Part shown: positions 1 through 9,593 of the stretch, in pieces
How the letters are laid out: each line of letters opens with the position of its first letter
Numbering within the stretch: the stretch's first letter is position 1
DNA from: a virus
Lineage: Duplodnaviria > Caudoviricetes
Length of the DNA stretch: 46,317 nt
Reading direction: 5' to 3' (one strand)
Virus record (IMG/VR): IMGVR_UViG_3300037631_002865
Location: 1-46,317 of that record
The notes under the pieces: model-generated
Databases searched by the model: none
Told to the model about the DNA's origin: nothing
The model's input: only the letters and a program-made list of their open reading frames with translations
Program-made: the position numbers and the translations under genes

Positions 1-634
1 CTTTTGGCTTAAAATAACTATAGTGTGTACTAGGACCACCTACAATAATTTTAATGTTAGGTAACCGTTCTTTAATTGCTTTAATAATATAATCAGTAGG
101 CTCTTCATTACAGTAGTAAAGGCTTACACCCAAAAAGTCTGGCGCAAACTCTACCATTTGATCTACTGCCTTATCAAGTATTGGCTTTACATATTCATGT
201 AACTCGTTCCAGTATTGTTCGCCTATCCAGTGCCAATCACGTGGGCCGTCCCAAGGGTCATAATGAATATCCCAGGCATCATCTCCGCCAAAAACGTCCC
301 AAAATGCCCTGTATGCTTCTACATTTAAGTCAAAACACTTTGTTTCAAACCCTGCTGTATTGGTTACACCTGCAAGTTTAGCAATACCATAATGCGGAAA
401 ACCTGGATCCCATTCTGGACACATAAGCAGACATAACTTAGTTTGTCGACTGATATTATACTCAATCTCAACAGGAGCCAGACCTTTTTGTGGTCCTTTA
501 CTCCATTTTTCCATAATCTTCTGTGTAGCAGTGCTGCGGTCTTCTAAATAAGTACCCTCTTCCCTAGTAGGCGGGTCTCTTCGTTTTTTCTGCTGTAGTC
601 TGTACCATGCAATACCTTGATCTTCTTGACTCAT
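1..634 (-). CDS. Cobalamin (B12)-binding domain radical SAM protein, N-terminal part (runs off the left edge; not in the ORF track)
   Basis: The ATG at 634 overlaps the upstream stop (TAATG) and the frame is open to base 1. Hand translation: MSQEDQGIAWY...LLMCPEWDPGFPHYGIAKLAGVTNTAGFETKCFDLN...FAPDFLGVSLYYCNEEPTDYIIKAIKERLPNIKIIVGGPSTH. This fits the B12-binding Rossmann domain of class B radical SAM methyltransferases (P-x-G-I-A-x-L, D-L-N, P-D-x-x-G-x-S, I-I-V-G-G-P). The CxxxCxxC motif would lie outside the window. Confidence 0.8.
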   Translation of the reverse strand, partial: MSQEDQGIAWYRLQQKKRRDPPTREEGTYLEDRSTATQKIMEKWSKGPQKGLAPVEIEYNISRQTKLCLLMCPEWDPGFPHYGIAKLAGVTNTAGFETKCFDLNVEAYRAFWDVFGGDDAWDIHYDPWDGPRDWHWIGEQYWNELHEYVKPILDKAVDQMVEFAPDFLGVSLYYCNEEPTDYIIKAIKERLPNIKIIVGGPSTHYSYFKPK

Positions 635-1917
635 TACGTTAGAACCTCAAACGCAATATTGTGGAAAGTATCATACCATTTGGTGCCACGATGACGGTCC
701 ATAGTGTCACTAAACTCTCTAAAATGCTGTCGTTTTTCAGCACAATATTCTTCACTTAGTGAATTATCTTCTAGTCTTTTAATTGCTTGTTCTATCCCAT
801 GTTGATACCAGATATTTGGTACATTGTGACTAGGCTCGTATGACTTTAATGCCGCAACTGCTTTTGCACGTATCTCAGGTTGTACGATCCTGACATCCAA
901 ATAACTAGGACTATCTAACATAATTGGGCTCCAAATGTAAAGTCTGTTCTTTTCTTTACTATCATACCAGCTACGGTGATTGTGTACCCAATCAAGTACT
1001 TGTGGTATAGCATCGTAGTTATAAGTTTGAAACACTGTGTAATGTTTGATCTTCCAACTTTGAGGAAATGCATCGTATATTTTTAAAATATTTCTTTCAA
1101 TGTTTTCCCATTTAGTTGGGTACCTAATATATTCGTTTTTATCGTAAATATGATCAATACTAATCTGTATCTCGCCATTTTTAAAGCGTGACATTGTATT
1201 ATAAAATATCTCGTTCCACTGTGTTAGGTTTGTTGTAAGTGCAATATAACAGTCTGTGTTGCCACTGTCAAGTATCATTTGCATGATTTCAATATTACGT
1301 TTGATTAGAGTTGGTTCGCCTCCAGTTAGGTATAGTCGTTTAAGTTTGGGTGCAAGTTTTTTAATACTCTTAACAAACTCATCACTTTCCCACCAACGCC
1401 AGTTAGCTTGTTCATCTAGCTTTAACTCATGATCCCATTCTTTACGTAACCAGAACGGCATATTATCATCTTTACGCTGTATAAGACGTCTTTCATCTGC
1501 AACTCTATCACTACTAAGTGCCCAGCAACTATTACAACGTAGGTTACAAAAATTTCCCAAACGAAGTTCTAAGCTCTGTGGCAATGGGGGGTTGCTAGTT
1601 TGATATTCTTTAGGCACAGCCCAATCTTTAAGCTCACCAAATGCACTTTGTCTTGAGCTTTGGATACCACTATCTTCTAGTTTCCAACATACATCACATG
1701 CTGACGGTCTTTCCCCCTTGAGCATTTGTTTACGAACGTTCACCATGTAGTCACTATTCCAAATCTCTTCAACACTATGAGTACCAAAGTTTAGTTCTTG
1801 TCCATCACCGCCAGTTGCGTGGATATTTTCATTAATACTACAACACAACTTAACACTGCCTTCAGTGTTACTGTTTAAGTTAGTAAACGGGTATAAACAA
1901 TATGTATTACTGCTCAC
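634..1917 (-). CDS. Radical SAM protein with N-terminal Twitch/SPASM-like Fe-S domain
   Basis: CNLRCNSC (CxxxCxxC) and GGEPTL; N-terminal CLYPF...GSVKLCC...EEIWNS...ACDVC; GTG start preceded by AGGAG. Confidence 0.92.
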   Translation of the reverse strand: MSSNTYCLYPFTNLNSNTEGSVKLCCSINENIHATGGDGQELNFGTHSVEEIWNSDYMVNVRKQMLKGERPSACDVCWKLEDSGIQSSRQSAFGELKDWAVPKEYQTSNPPLPQSLELRLGNFCNLRCNSCWALSSDRVADERRLIQRKDDNMPFWLRKEWDHELKLDEQANWRWWESDEFVKSIKKLAPKLKRLYLTGGEPTLIKRNIEIMQMILDSGNTDCYIALTTNLTQWNEIFYNTMSRFKNGEIQISIDHIYDKNEYIRYPTKWENIERNILKIYDAFPQSWKIKHYTVFQTYNYDAIPQVLDWVHNHRSWYDSKEKNRLYIWSPIMLDSPSYLDVRIVQPEIRAKAVAALKSYEPSHNVPNIWYQHGIEQAIKRLEDNSLSEEYCAEKRQHFREFSDTMDRHRGTKWYDTFHNIAFEVLT

Positions 1918-3202
1918 GATATTCTCCTATACACAATAATTCTGGCAGTGCTTCCTGCCAATTTTCATTTCTAATACGGTCCCAACGTTCAAATTCTTTA
2001 ATCGTATCTGGCAACTCACTGGTGCGGTCTGTTGTATTCATAAAGTTTAATAGTCCCTCTGCGCTACTAACAAACTGATTAGCAGGCCAATGATCAGGAA
2101 TAAAGTTTTCCTGTTTGTCTAACCATGCAAGATGTTCCTCCCATCGTTGGGTTACTTTTATTTTGTAATCATTTGGCAATGCTTGCATACTCAAGAACTT
2201 TGGGTCCAGCAAGTTATTTAACCTTATCTCACCTGGCGGAATAAATCCTTTTCTTACCCAATCTTCATGAAAGTCTGGGAAATGTAGTACGTTCATTAAA
2301 CTAAGTGTAGGGCACAAATCAAACTCAATATGTGTAAGTTCTGGATCATCTAGCATTGCTTGTCTATTTGCTTCAATGTCTGACCAAATAGTACCTTTGC
2401 GTATATACTCACCATGTGTTCCCATTGCGTCTAAGCTAGCACTTACTTTAACTTGCTTAAATTGTTTCCACAAATCAAATACATGTTGTTTTTTATATGT
2501 AAGCTGGCTAAAGTTTGTAGTATATAACACACTAACATTTTGTGCATGACCAGTTTCAACCCAGTGGTTCATAATTTCCCAGTGCATGTCTGTTATTAGT
2601 GGTTCTCCACCTGCCCAGTATACTTCTTCTACTGTATCCAAATACGGGCGTAGTTCTTCTAGGAAGCCTGGTTTATTTTTAAGTTGTATAAATTTTTGCT
2701 CTGCAACATCTTTAGGCACAGCGCCAAACTCTTTAACAAAATCATCAAACCAACTGGTACTAAATGTTGGGCTACAACTACGGCAACTCATATTACACAA
2801 GTTACTAAAACGGAAGTCCATGTATGTAAGATTGATATCATCATATTGCCCGTCCGCATGTGTATCTTTTGTACGCCAGAACTGATGTGCAAAACGATTG
2901 TTCATATTTTTACGAAGTGTATATGCGTTACTATCGTTTTCAAGTTCATAACAACGGTTACATGCATTACTAGCTTTACCATTTAGCATGTTTGTACGAA
3001 GCTTTTTAGCTAGGTCACTGTTCCACAACTCTTCAAGAGTATGTGTATTAGTATTTCCATAATCGTTACCGTCATTATGTTCAGCTAAACAACAAGGGAA
3101 AGTTCTACCATTTGGCCATACATGCATATGTATCCATGGTGCCATGCAGAATACTTTACTGTCAGTTAATAGTGGATTAGGCGATTCTATATCTTGGGTC
3201 AT
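1907..3202 (-). CDS. Radical SAM protein with N-terminal Twitch/SPASM-like domain
   Basis: CNMSCRSC and GGEPL; N-terminal CMAPW...GRTFPCC...EELWNS...ACNRC. Confidence 0.92.
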   Translation of the reverse strand: MTQDIESPNPLLTDSKVFCMAPWIHMHVWPNGRTFPCCLAEHNDGNDYGNTNTHTLEELWNSDLAKKLRTNMLNGKASNACNRCYELENDSNAYTLRKNMNNRFAHQFWRTKDTHADGQYDDINLTYMDFRFSNLCNMSCRSCSPTFSTSWFDDFVKEFGAVPKDVAEQKFIQLKNKPGFLEELRPYLDTVEEVYWAGGEPLITDMHWEIMNHWVETGHAQNVSVLYTTNFSQLTYKKQHVFDLWKQFKQVKVSASLDAMGTHGEYIRKGTIWSDIEANRQAMLDDPELTHIEFDLCPTLSLMNVLHFPDFHEDWVRKGFIPPGEIRLNNLLDPKFLSMQALPNDYKIKVTQRWEEHLAWLDKQENFIPDHWPANQFVSSAEGLLNFMNTTDRTSELPDTIKEFERWDRIRNENWQEALPELLCIGEYREQ

Positions 3203-4499
3203 CTGGCATTATCTCATATTTTTTTAATTGTTCTAACTCTGGGTATGCTTTATATGCATCATTGTTTCTAATCGTATCAAATTCTTTTGTGTTCCACAGA
3301 AACTCGTTAAATTTTGTATCAAAGGTATTGTCAGCATACATAAACTTAATAATACCCTGTAGGTTATTTGAATCATGTTGCCAGTCTGGGTTTTGTTTTT
3401 TGCGTAGATCTTCAATCCATTCAATATGTTTTTCCCACTTTTTGGCTACTTGTCTTTTATAATCTTCTGGCAAGATTTGTATACTTAAACGTTCAGGATG
3501 TGTTAAGATAGTTAAGTTTAAACTGTTAACACTAACTAGTCCTTCTTCAATCCATTCACGATGAAAGTCTGGCCAATGCAGTACATTGTAAGCACTAATA
3601 GTACTACTAATAAAGAACCTAGTATCAGGACACTCAGCTATCATTTCACGCCGATTCTTTACAACATCTGTCCAGATAGTATCTTTACGCAAGTATTCTG
3701 CACGTTCCCAATTATCATCCAAACTGGCACCAACGTTAACATTTGTAAACTTATTCCAGTAGTCAAACACTCGCTTTTTACCCAAATGTGTTTTAGTAAA
3801 GTTGGTTGTATAACTAATATTTACATCAGTGTTGCCCCACTCTAACCAAGTATCTAACATTTTATAATGCTCTGCTGTAATTAATGGTTCGCCTCCAGCA
3901 AAGTATGCGTGGCGTACTTCCTGAATTGCAGGCAGTGCATCGTCCCAGAATGTTTTAGGTAACTCTAATAGTGCAGGCTCTTTGTAGTTCCATGCCTTTT
4001 TAGCATCGTTAATCCAACTACTACTAAACTGTGGACCACAACTTAAACAGCGTAGGTTACACAAGTTATTAAATCTTACGTCCCAGTAGTAAAAGCGTGG
4101 GTCATCATGCGATCCATCTGCATGTGTGTCTTTAACACGATCAAACATATCGCCAAAGTCTTCATTTAGACTTATACGCAGTGTTCTAATATCTGCATCT
4201 TTTTCCTGTTGATAGCAACGTCTACATGCCCGGCTGGGTTTATCTGCCATCATATTACGGCGCAACTCTCGCATTTGTTCAGTGTTCCAAAGTTCACCAA
4301 TGCTATTGTCGTTTAAATTTCCCATAAATTCGTCGGAAAGATTATTGCTTTCAGGAAGTATTACGCAACAAGGAAACGCCTGTCCACTTGGCCAAAAATG
4401 CATAGTGACCCAAGGCGCCATACAAAAAAACTTACTATCGTTTAGTAAATGGTCTTCATTCATCAGCGGTTTCTTCTTCATCAAATTTTCCAAATGCAC
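3177..4499 (-). CDS. Radical SAM protein with N-terminal Twitch/SPASM-like domain (true start may be ATG 4481 or 4463)
   Basis: CNLRCLSC and GGEPL; N-terminal CMAPW...GQAFPCC...ELWNT...ACRRC; evident paralog of 1907..3202. Confidence 0.92.
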   Translation of the reverse strand: MHLENLMKKKPLMNEDHLLNDSKFFCMAPWVTMHFWPSGQAFPCCVILPESNNLSDEFMGNLNDNSIGELWNTEQMRELRRNMMADKPSRACRRCYQQEKDADIRTLRISLNEDFGDMFDRVKDTHADGSHDDPRFYYWDVRFNNLCNLRCLSCGPQFSSSWINDAKKAWNYKEPALLELPKTFWDDALPAIQEVRHAYFAGGEPLITAEHYKMLDTWLEWGNTDVNISYTTNFTKTHLGKKRVFDYWNKFTNVNVGASLDDNWERAEYLRKDTIWTDVVKNRREMIAECPDTRFFISSTISAYNVLHWPDFHREWIEEGLVSVNSLNLTILTHPERLSIQILPEDYKRQVAKKWEKHIEWIEDLRKKQNPDWQHDSNNLQGIIKFMYADNTFDTKFNEFLWNTKEFDTIRNNDAYKAYPELEQLKKYEIMPDDPRYRIA

Positions 4500-6144
4500 C
4501 TACTAAATTATCTTCACTGTACATTCTGGTAGGTATATTTCTAATCTTTCTATAGTTAATCAAGCTCTTTGCTAGTCCAGGATGATGCCAAACAAAATCA
4601 TCATCCCAATGAAAATCAACTGGTTCATCTTTTAATAGTTCTTCCTTGCATTTACGATTATATTCCATCTCAGAAATATCATATAGTGTAGCACACATAT
4701 CATAATATTCAACCATCTCAGGAAAAATCTCCTTGAAGTCTGTATTACGTCTTGCATCAGTTGATTTAATAAACAAGTACCAGTTACGTCTAGCATCATC
4801 AATTTCTCTTGGTTCAAGATATGCATCTGTTTGTACACGGTTACGTTTGTCACAAATAGTTTTCCACATTGCTTGTACTCTAGACCATGCACGTACTTCT
4901 TCATCGCTAAAGTACATATGATATTGTTTGTTGTGATCCTCTTTTGGATACTTATGCCAGTTTGCTTTCCACTTCCATCGATCCATAAAATCTGTTGTTA
5001 AGTCAATATACTCATTAAATGCGTCAGGAAGTCCAACTAGTGTCCAATGGTTAGGCTCAGTACAATGAGGAATATCAAACATAATCTTTGGATATTCCAT
5101 ACCAGGTCTCTGAAACTTACGGCGCCATTCCAGTATTTTCTCAAGGAAGCTGATGTAGCTTGTTACACACATAATGTTATATGTGTTCATAATCTGGATT
5201 CCATTAAAGTCATCAACATGATGGTGACCCATCTTGTCCATAATTGCATTAATGTTTGCTTCAAACAATCCCAAGTCTAAACCACTACGTGTATATGATG
5301 CTCTATCGCCCCAACTTTCAATACTACTAAAAATCTGGAAACGTTTAATTTTCTCATCGTGCAACAGCTCATTAACCTGGTCACACATTCTCTCTACTAG
5401 TTTAGTTTTGATATTTAAGTTGGTATTAATTTGCAAAACCATTTCACTACACTCGCCTGTTTGTTGTAGTTTCTTTAAAAACTTCCAAACGTTTTGTTGT
5501 AGTAATGGCTCGCCGCCTGTAATGCGAATTACCTTAAGTGTTTTACGTAAGTAAGGCCACCATTTCCAAAAAGCGTCAACATACGGGTTATCATCCTCTG
5601 CATAGATTTTTTCGTGCTGTACTTGTAAGTGTGGTGCTTCAGGGAAAAGCCCTTCCTTGTCCATCTCTTTTTTCCATGCACTACTTGCTTTAGGATGACA
5701 ATAGGCACACTTCATGTTACATTCGTTACCAAAACTAATTTCCAAGTATGTTGGTCTATAGTTATGATCCCATCCGTTTTCCAAGATCATTTCATGTGCA
5801 TCTGGTGTAAGTAACAGTTCGTTTTTACTTTTGATAACACGGTCACTAATTTGATTGTCGTCAATATCTTCAACACGCCAACAATAATTACACTCATCAG
5901 GACGTTCGCCGTTAAGCATTTGTTTACGTCTAGCAATCTTATGTTTTGTATTGTGCAATGCACTTGGATTGTCTTTAATTTCTTCTAGTGGTATTTTATG
6001 TGGTAGCGGATGATAACAACTGTGTGTGTGGCCGCTTTGTAGATACAACGTACTTGTAAGAAATTTTGCAGTACACATGCTATCACAGCCGTATACTTTT
6101 TTCATATTTTCTCGTTCGTCTAGGTAATCTATATTCTTATACAT
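4456..6144 (-). CDS. Radical SAM protein, second subfamily
   Basis: CNMKCAYC and GGEPLL; N-terminal CTAKF...GHTHSCYHP...ECNYCW. Start moved from the track's 6177 to ATG 6144, which overlaps the upstream stop. Confidence 0.9.
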   Translation of the reverse strand: MYKNIDYLDERENMKKVYGCDSMCTAKFLTSTLYLQSGHTHSCYHPLPHKIPLEEIKDNPSALHNTKHKIARRKQMLNGERPDECNYCWRVEDIDDNQISDRVIKSKNELLLTPDAHEMILENGWDHNYRPTYLEISFGNECNMKCAYCHPKASSAWKKEMDKEGLFPEAPHLQVQHEKIYAEDDNPYVDAFWKWWPYLRKTLKVIRITGGEPLLQQNVWKFLKKLQQTGECSEMVLQINTNLNIKTKLVERMCDQVNELLHDEKIKRFQIFSSIESWGDRASYTRSGLDLGLFEANINAIMDKMGHHHVDDFNGIQIMNTYNIMCVTSYISFLEKILEWRRKFQRPGMEYPKIMFDIPHCTEPNHWTLVGLPDAFNEYIDLTTDFMDRWKWKANWHKYPKEDHNKQYHMYFSDEEVRAWSRVQAMWKTICDKRNRVQTDAYLEPREIDDARRNWYLFIKSTDARRNTDFKEIFPEMVEYYDMCATLYDISEMEYNRKCKEELLKDEPVDFHWDDDFVWHHPGLAKSLINYRKIRNIPTRMYSEDNLVGAFGKFDEEETADE

Positions 6145-7606
6145 TGTATTTGTCTTTCCATTCGTGGTATTGTTCACTAAACTCAGGGAAGGTATCTAAT
6201 ATACTAGTATCTCTTCGTCTATCGTGATCATCAAAAAATCTTACAAAGTTTTCTTCAGCTTCTTCACGTTGCTCATCAGTATCAAATCCTTGTTTCATAA
6301 ATTCAATACTGCGATCAAATCGCTCAATCTGGTGTGGTTTAAACCCTACCCAACGGCTATCACGATGCTTGTCAATATTTGCTTTCATAAATTCAAGTGC
6401 CTCATCTGCATAATGCCAATGGCTTTCTGGTGTTAGTTGTAAACTCTGCCAAAGCGGATAACGCAACATTGGTGTATCAATAAACACTTTGTGGTGTCCA
6501 TACACTACAATGTTTCCGTCAGCATCTCGTCTACTTTTAGTTACATTATGTATACGCTGTAGTTCTAGTATGCCTTCAAGTAACTTTTTAATACTTGGCA
6601 AACTAAGCATGTTGAATGTGACAATAAACGTAACAAGTCCTTCATCTACTCTGGTTAGATAATTATTTACGTTATTCCACATACGGTCAAAATCTAGTCC
6701 GTGCCGCATATACTCTGCTTGATCGCCCCAACCGTCTACACTAACAAATGCTCTAAAGCGTTTCAGTTTGTTGTACTCGCTGATAAAACTTACTTTGTCT
6801 ACAAACTTGTCCCATAACTTATCAGGTACACTAGCGTTTGTAGTGACAGCCATTTCAAGGTCTGGACGACCGTTATCAATTACATAGTCAAGTACACGGA
6901 ATGTATTTTTATCCATAAGCGGCTCACCGCCTGTCATACGGAAGTTCTGAAGTTTAGGGTATAGTTCAGGCCACCATTCCCAAAACGCTTCTACATATGG
7001 ATTATGTTCACGGTTTGGAATAGGATACTGTCCAATTTGCTTGAAATAGTCAATACTATTATGAGGAACAATAGTATCATAAGGACCATTCTGCTCAATA
7101 TCTTCTGCCCACTTACTACTTAAATGTGGACTACAATAACTACATGCTAAGTTACAAGCGTGGTTAAAGTTAACTTCCATGAAGCGAGGTTCAATGTCGC
7201 CATCAGCACCTTTTTCCAATACATCATCCCATCCAGCTTGTGCCCAAGGCTCACTACTGCGATAATGTCTATCACTGTTAAAGGATCTATCCATCTTTTC
7301 AATATTCCAACAGTAGCTACACCCATCAGGCTGTTCGCCGTCTAGCATCATCTGCCGTTGTTCTTTTTTCTGTGGAGTATTGTGTAACCCTTTTGGGTTA
7401 TCTGTAATATTTTCAACTTCAATTTTGTGAATAGGAGGAAGGAAACAACTATTAGTTGTTCCGTTGGTTAAGTGAACACTAGTCCACAACCACTTAGCCA
7501 TACACATGGTAGGGCTAATTTTATCTAGTTTTGGTTTTACTAACTCTGCTGCTGTTTCCGGATCTGGATCAAGCTCATAGTTTACAATTTCTACGTCATC
7601 GCTCAT
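6137..7606 (-). CDS. Radical SAM protein, second subfamily
   Basis: CNLACSYC and GGEPLM; N-terminal CMAKW...GTTNSCFLP...GCSYCW; paralog of 4456..6144. Confidence 0.92.
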   Translation of the reverse strand: MSDDVEIVNYELDPDPETAAELVKPKLDKISPTMCMAKWLWTSVHLTNGTTNSCFLPPIHKIEVENITDNPKGLHNTPQKKEQRQMMLDGEQPDGCSYCWNIEKMDRSFNSDRHYRSSEPWAQAGWDDVLEKGADGDIEPRFMEVNFNHACNLACSYCSPHLSSKWAEDIEQNGPYDTIVPHNSIDYFKQIGQYPIPNREHNPYVEAFWEWWPELYPKLQNFRMTGGEPLMDKNTFRVLDYVIDNGRPDLEMAVTTNASVPDKLWDKFVDKVSFISEYNKLKRFRAFVSVDGWGDQAEYMRHGLDFDRMWNNVNNYLTRVDEGLVTFIVTFNMLSLPSIKKLLEGILELQRIHNVTKSRRDADGNIVVYGHHKVFIDTPMLRYPLWQSLQLTPESHWHYADEALEFMKANIDKHRDSRWVGFKPHQIERFDRSIEFMKQGFDTDEQREEAEENFVRFFDDHDRRRDTSILDTFPEFSEQYHEWKDKYNV

Positions 7607-7611
7607 ATATT

Positions 7612-7640
7612 ATTATAACACACTCTCTATCTTCAGTCAA
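7612..7640 (-). promoter_or_regulatory. Sigma70-type promoter for the radical SAM block, probably giving a leaderless mRNA
   Basis: The minus strand reads TTGACT-17 nt-TATAAT with an extended -10 TG; the ATG at 7606 follows 5 nt after the -10 box. Confidence 0.75.
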
Positions 7641-8613
7641 TAGTATCTTGTACTTGGTCTTCACGTACCATTGCACCAAGTCTACTTGGGTTACGATAAA
7701 CTGTTTTCCAGAAACGTGAACCTTCAGCACCAACATCTGCTATCTCTAAATCAAGTGTACTACGTAACTCTTTACCCAGTTCTATAGTTTTTGCTTTTAG
7801 TTTATCTTTATCCCAACTGTATCCAGTACGTGGACATAGCTCTACACCATCAGCAAACTGTGGTGCTAGTTCATCTTCAAAGTATTTTGTTAACCAATCA
7901 AAGTCCCTAACATTTTTCCAATCCCATTCATGCCGTAACACATTTGTCATATGACAACCAAGTCGTGCACCATAAATTGCCCAAAGACCGTTGGGTGCAT
8001 CTTCACCAATGGTCATCCATACCATTAAACGACGATAATTTTCACGATAGATGTTTTTAATTTTAGCAGGATCAACAACGTCACCGTTCTCTAGTCCCAT
8101 CTTAACACCTTCTCTAAATCCAGCACGCCAGGCTTGTAGTGGGCTACCATTATTATATACCCAACTATGCCAGTTATTCATTTGAATGTATTGGATATTC
8201 CAACAAAAGTCTACTTGTGCTCTTTTGTCTGTTGCTGGTGCCGCTTCATGTGTACGCATACGATTAACAACGTCAACTGGCCACATTTTGATGCCACCAT
8301 TACCATATACTAATCCGTTAACTTTATTTTTTGCAGCAAAGCTAATAACATGATTTTGTTCAATTTTATCCATGTCTAACTCAACATTAAAAAAATCATC
8401 GTTTACTATATTATCAGCATCAATGGTAATAAAACGTTCTGTTTCACTCATTGCGGCTGCTGCTTTGTGTGCGGCATCACTACCCCATACACCATGGCTT
8501 CGTTTAGCCCATGGACATTTATCCAACAAGTCTGCATAATTTTCATCAGCATTTGGTTCGTCGTAACTGATGTAAATTATATCAAACTCATTAATACTAA
8601 CCATATTTGACAT
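7633..8613 (-). CDS. GT-A fold glycosyltransferase-like protein
   Basis: N-terminal strand FDIIYISYDE, then AHKAAA..SETERFITIDADN with a DxD motif after a hydrophobic strand. Confidence 0.65.
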   Translation of the reverse strand: MSNMVSINEFDIIYISYDEPNADENYADLLDKCPWAKRSHGVWGSDAAHKAAAAMSETERFITIDADNIVNDDFFNVELDMDKIEQNHVISFAAKNKVNGLVYGNGGIKMWPVDVVNRMRTHEAAPATDKRAQVDFCWNIQYIQMNNWHSWVYNNGSPLQAWRAGFREGVKMGLENGDVVDPAKIKNIYRENYRRLMVWMTIGEDAPNGLWAIYGARLGCHMTNVLRHEWDWKNVRDFDWLTKYFEDELAPQFADGVELCPRTGYSWDKDKLKAKTIELGKELRSTLDLEIADVGAEGSRFWKTVYRNPSRLGAMVREDQVQDTID

Positions 8614-9593
8614 TATTTTATTTCCTCATAGTTAAATGTAATATTTCTGCCCGCTTCTCCAACAAGCATTTGAGACGTTTTTAGATCTGCGTTGGTCTTG
8701 ATAGTTGTTTCTCTACCCCATCCTAGTTCAGTCTTTGGCAATGTAAAACTGCCCAGTAGTTCATGTGGTGAATCTCCAACAATATAAAAAGTAAGATCAC
8801 TATAAATTTTTACTTCTTCAGGATCTTGGAAATTACTACGCACAATCCAACCACTGTTTGCTTCACTAAGTGTAAACACGGCATCTTTGTCGTCTCTAAT
8901 TTTAACCATATTACGCTTAGTAACTTTACGCCTGTTGTAGTCTAGTGTAACATAGGTTGTTTTCTTTTTCAAGCCATAACTTTTAAATACTCGACGGGTT
9001 AACACATCAATGTCACCCAGTGCTACTTTAGTTGAAAGGTCATATAAATCAAACGTAGCAACACCATCATTGATTAAATCAATAGGGTCAATCTCAATTG
9101 TTTTGTATAGATATGATGGGTTATCCTTTGCAACGATATAAAAATATAGTGTAGTATTGTTTTCGTTATGCGCTTGGCTAAACTTTTTGTTAACATTCCT
9201 ACCAACCATTTTAAGTACAGTATCACTACTAATATTAATTTCTAGCATCATGCTTTCAATATATGTAATGATATTGATTTCTCTATCAACAGTATTTGGT
9301 ACTTCTACAATTTTACTAAGTTGATCTTCTTCAGCTTTGATACGTAAACTATCCGACTTAGCCATAATAAACGTACCACTTGGCGTATCGTTAACAATAT
9401 ACTTGCGTGGATTTAGATGCCCCATCAAAATTTCAGCCGCAGTATTATCCTCAGTGAGTAAAACGCTATACCCACCGTCCTTAAATTTATTTCCTACGCT
9501 GTATATTTCTCCTGACCATTCGTCATAGAATACATAGTACTTAGGAAGCGGCTTTTCGCCTACTATTGATATTAACTTGGGCTCTGTATTCAT
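8613..9593 (-). CDS. Hypothetical protein within the glycosyltransferase cluster, with an internal duplication
   Basis: 326-aa ORF overlapping both neighbours; repeated motif LYFYIVAKDNPSYL / LTFYIVGDSPHEL. Confidence 0.75.
   Translation of the reverse strand: MNTEPKLISIVGEKPLPKYYVFYDEWSGEIYSVGNKFKDGGYSVLLTEDNTAAEILMGHLNPRKYIVNDTPSGTFIMAKSDSLRIKAEEDQLSKIVEVPNTVDREINIITYIESMMLEINISSDTVLKMVGRNVNKKFSQAHNENNTTLYFYIVAKDNPSYLYKTIEIDPIDLINDGVATFDLYDLSTKVALGDIDVLTRRVFKSYGLKKKTTYVTLDYNRRKVTKRNMVKIRDDKDAVFTLSEANSGWIVRSNFQDPEEVKIYSDLTFYIVGDSPHELLGSFTLPKTELGWGRETTIKTNADLKTSQMLVGEAGRNITFNYEEIK

Noticed and set aside
181-381. 66-aa plus-strand ORF
   Set aside because: It is antisense to the B12-binding radical SAM reading frame and has no recognisable motif; a shadow ORF.
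634-7606. Assigning the radical SAM genes to NrdG, QueE, MoaA or PqqE
   Set aside because: The sizes, N-terminal auxiliary domain and five-fold paralogy do not fit, and no partner genes of those pathways are in the window.
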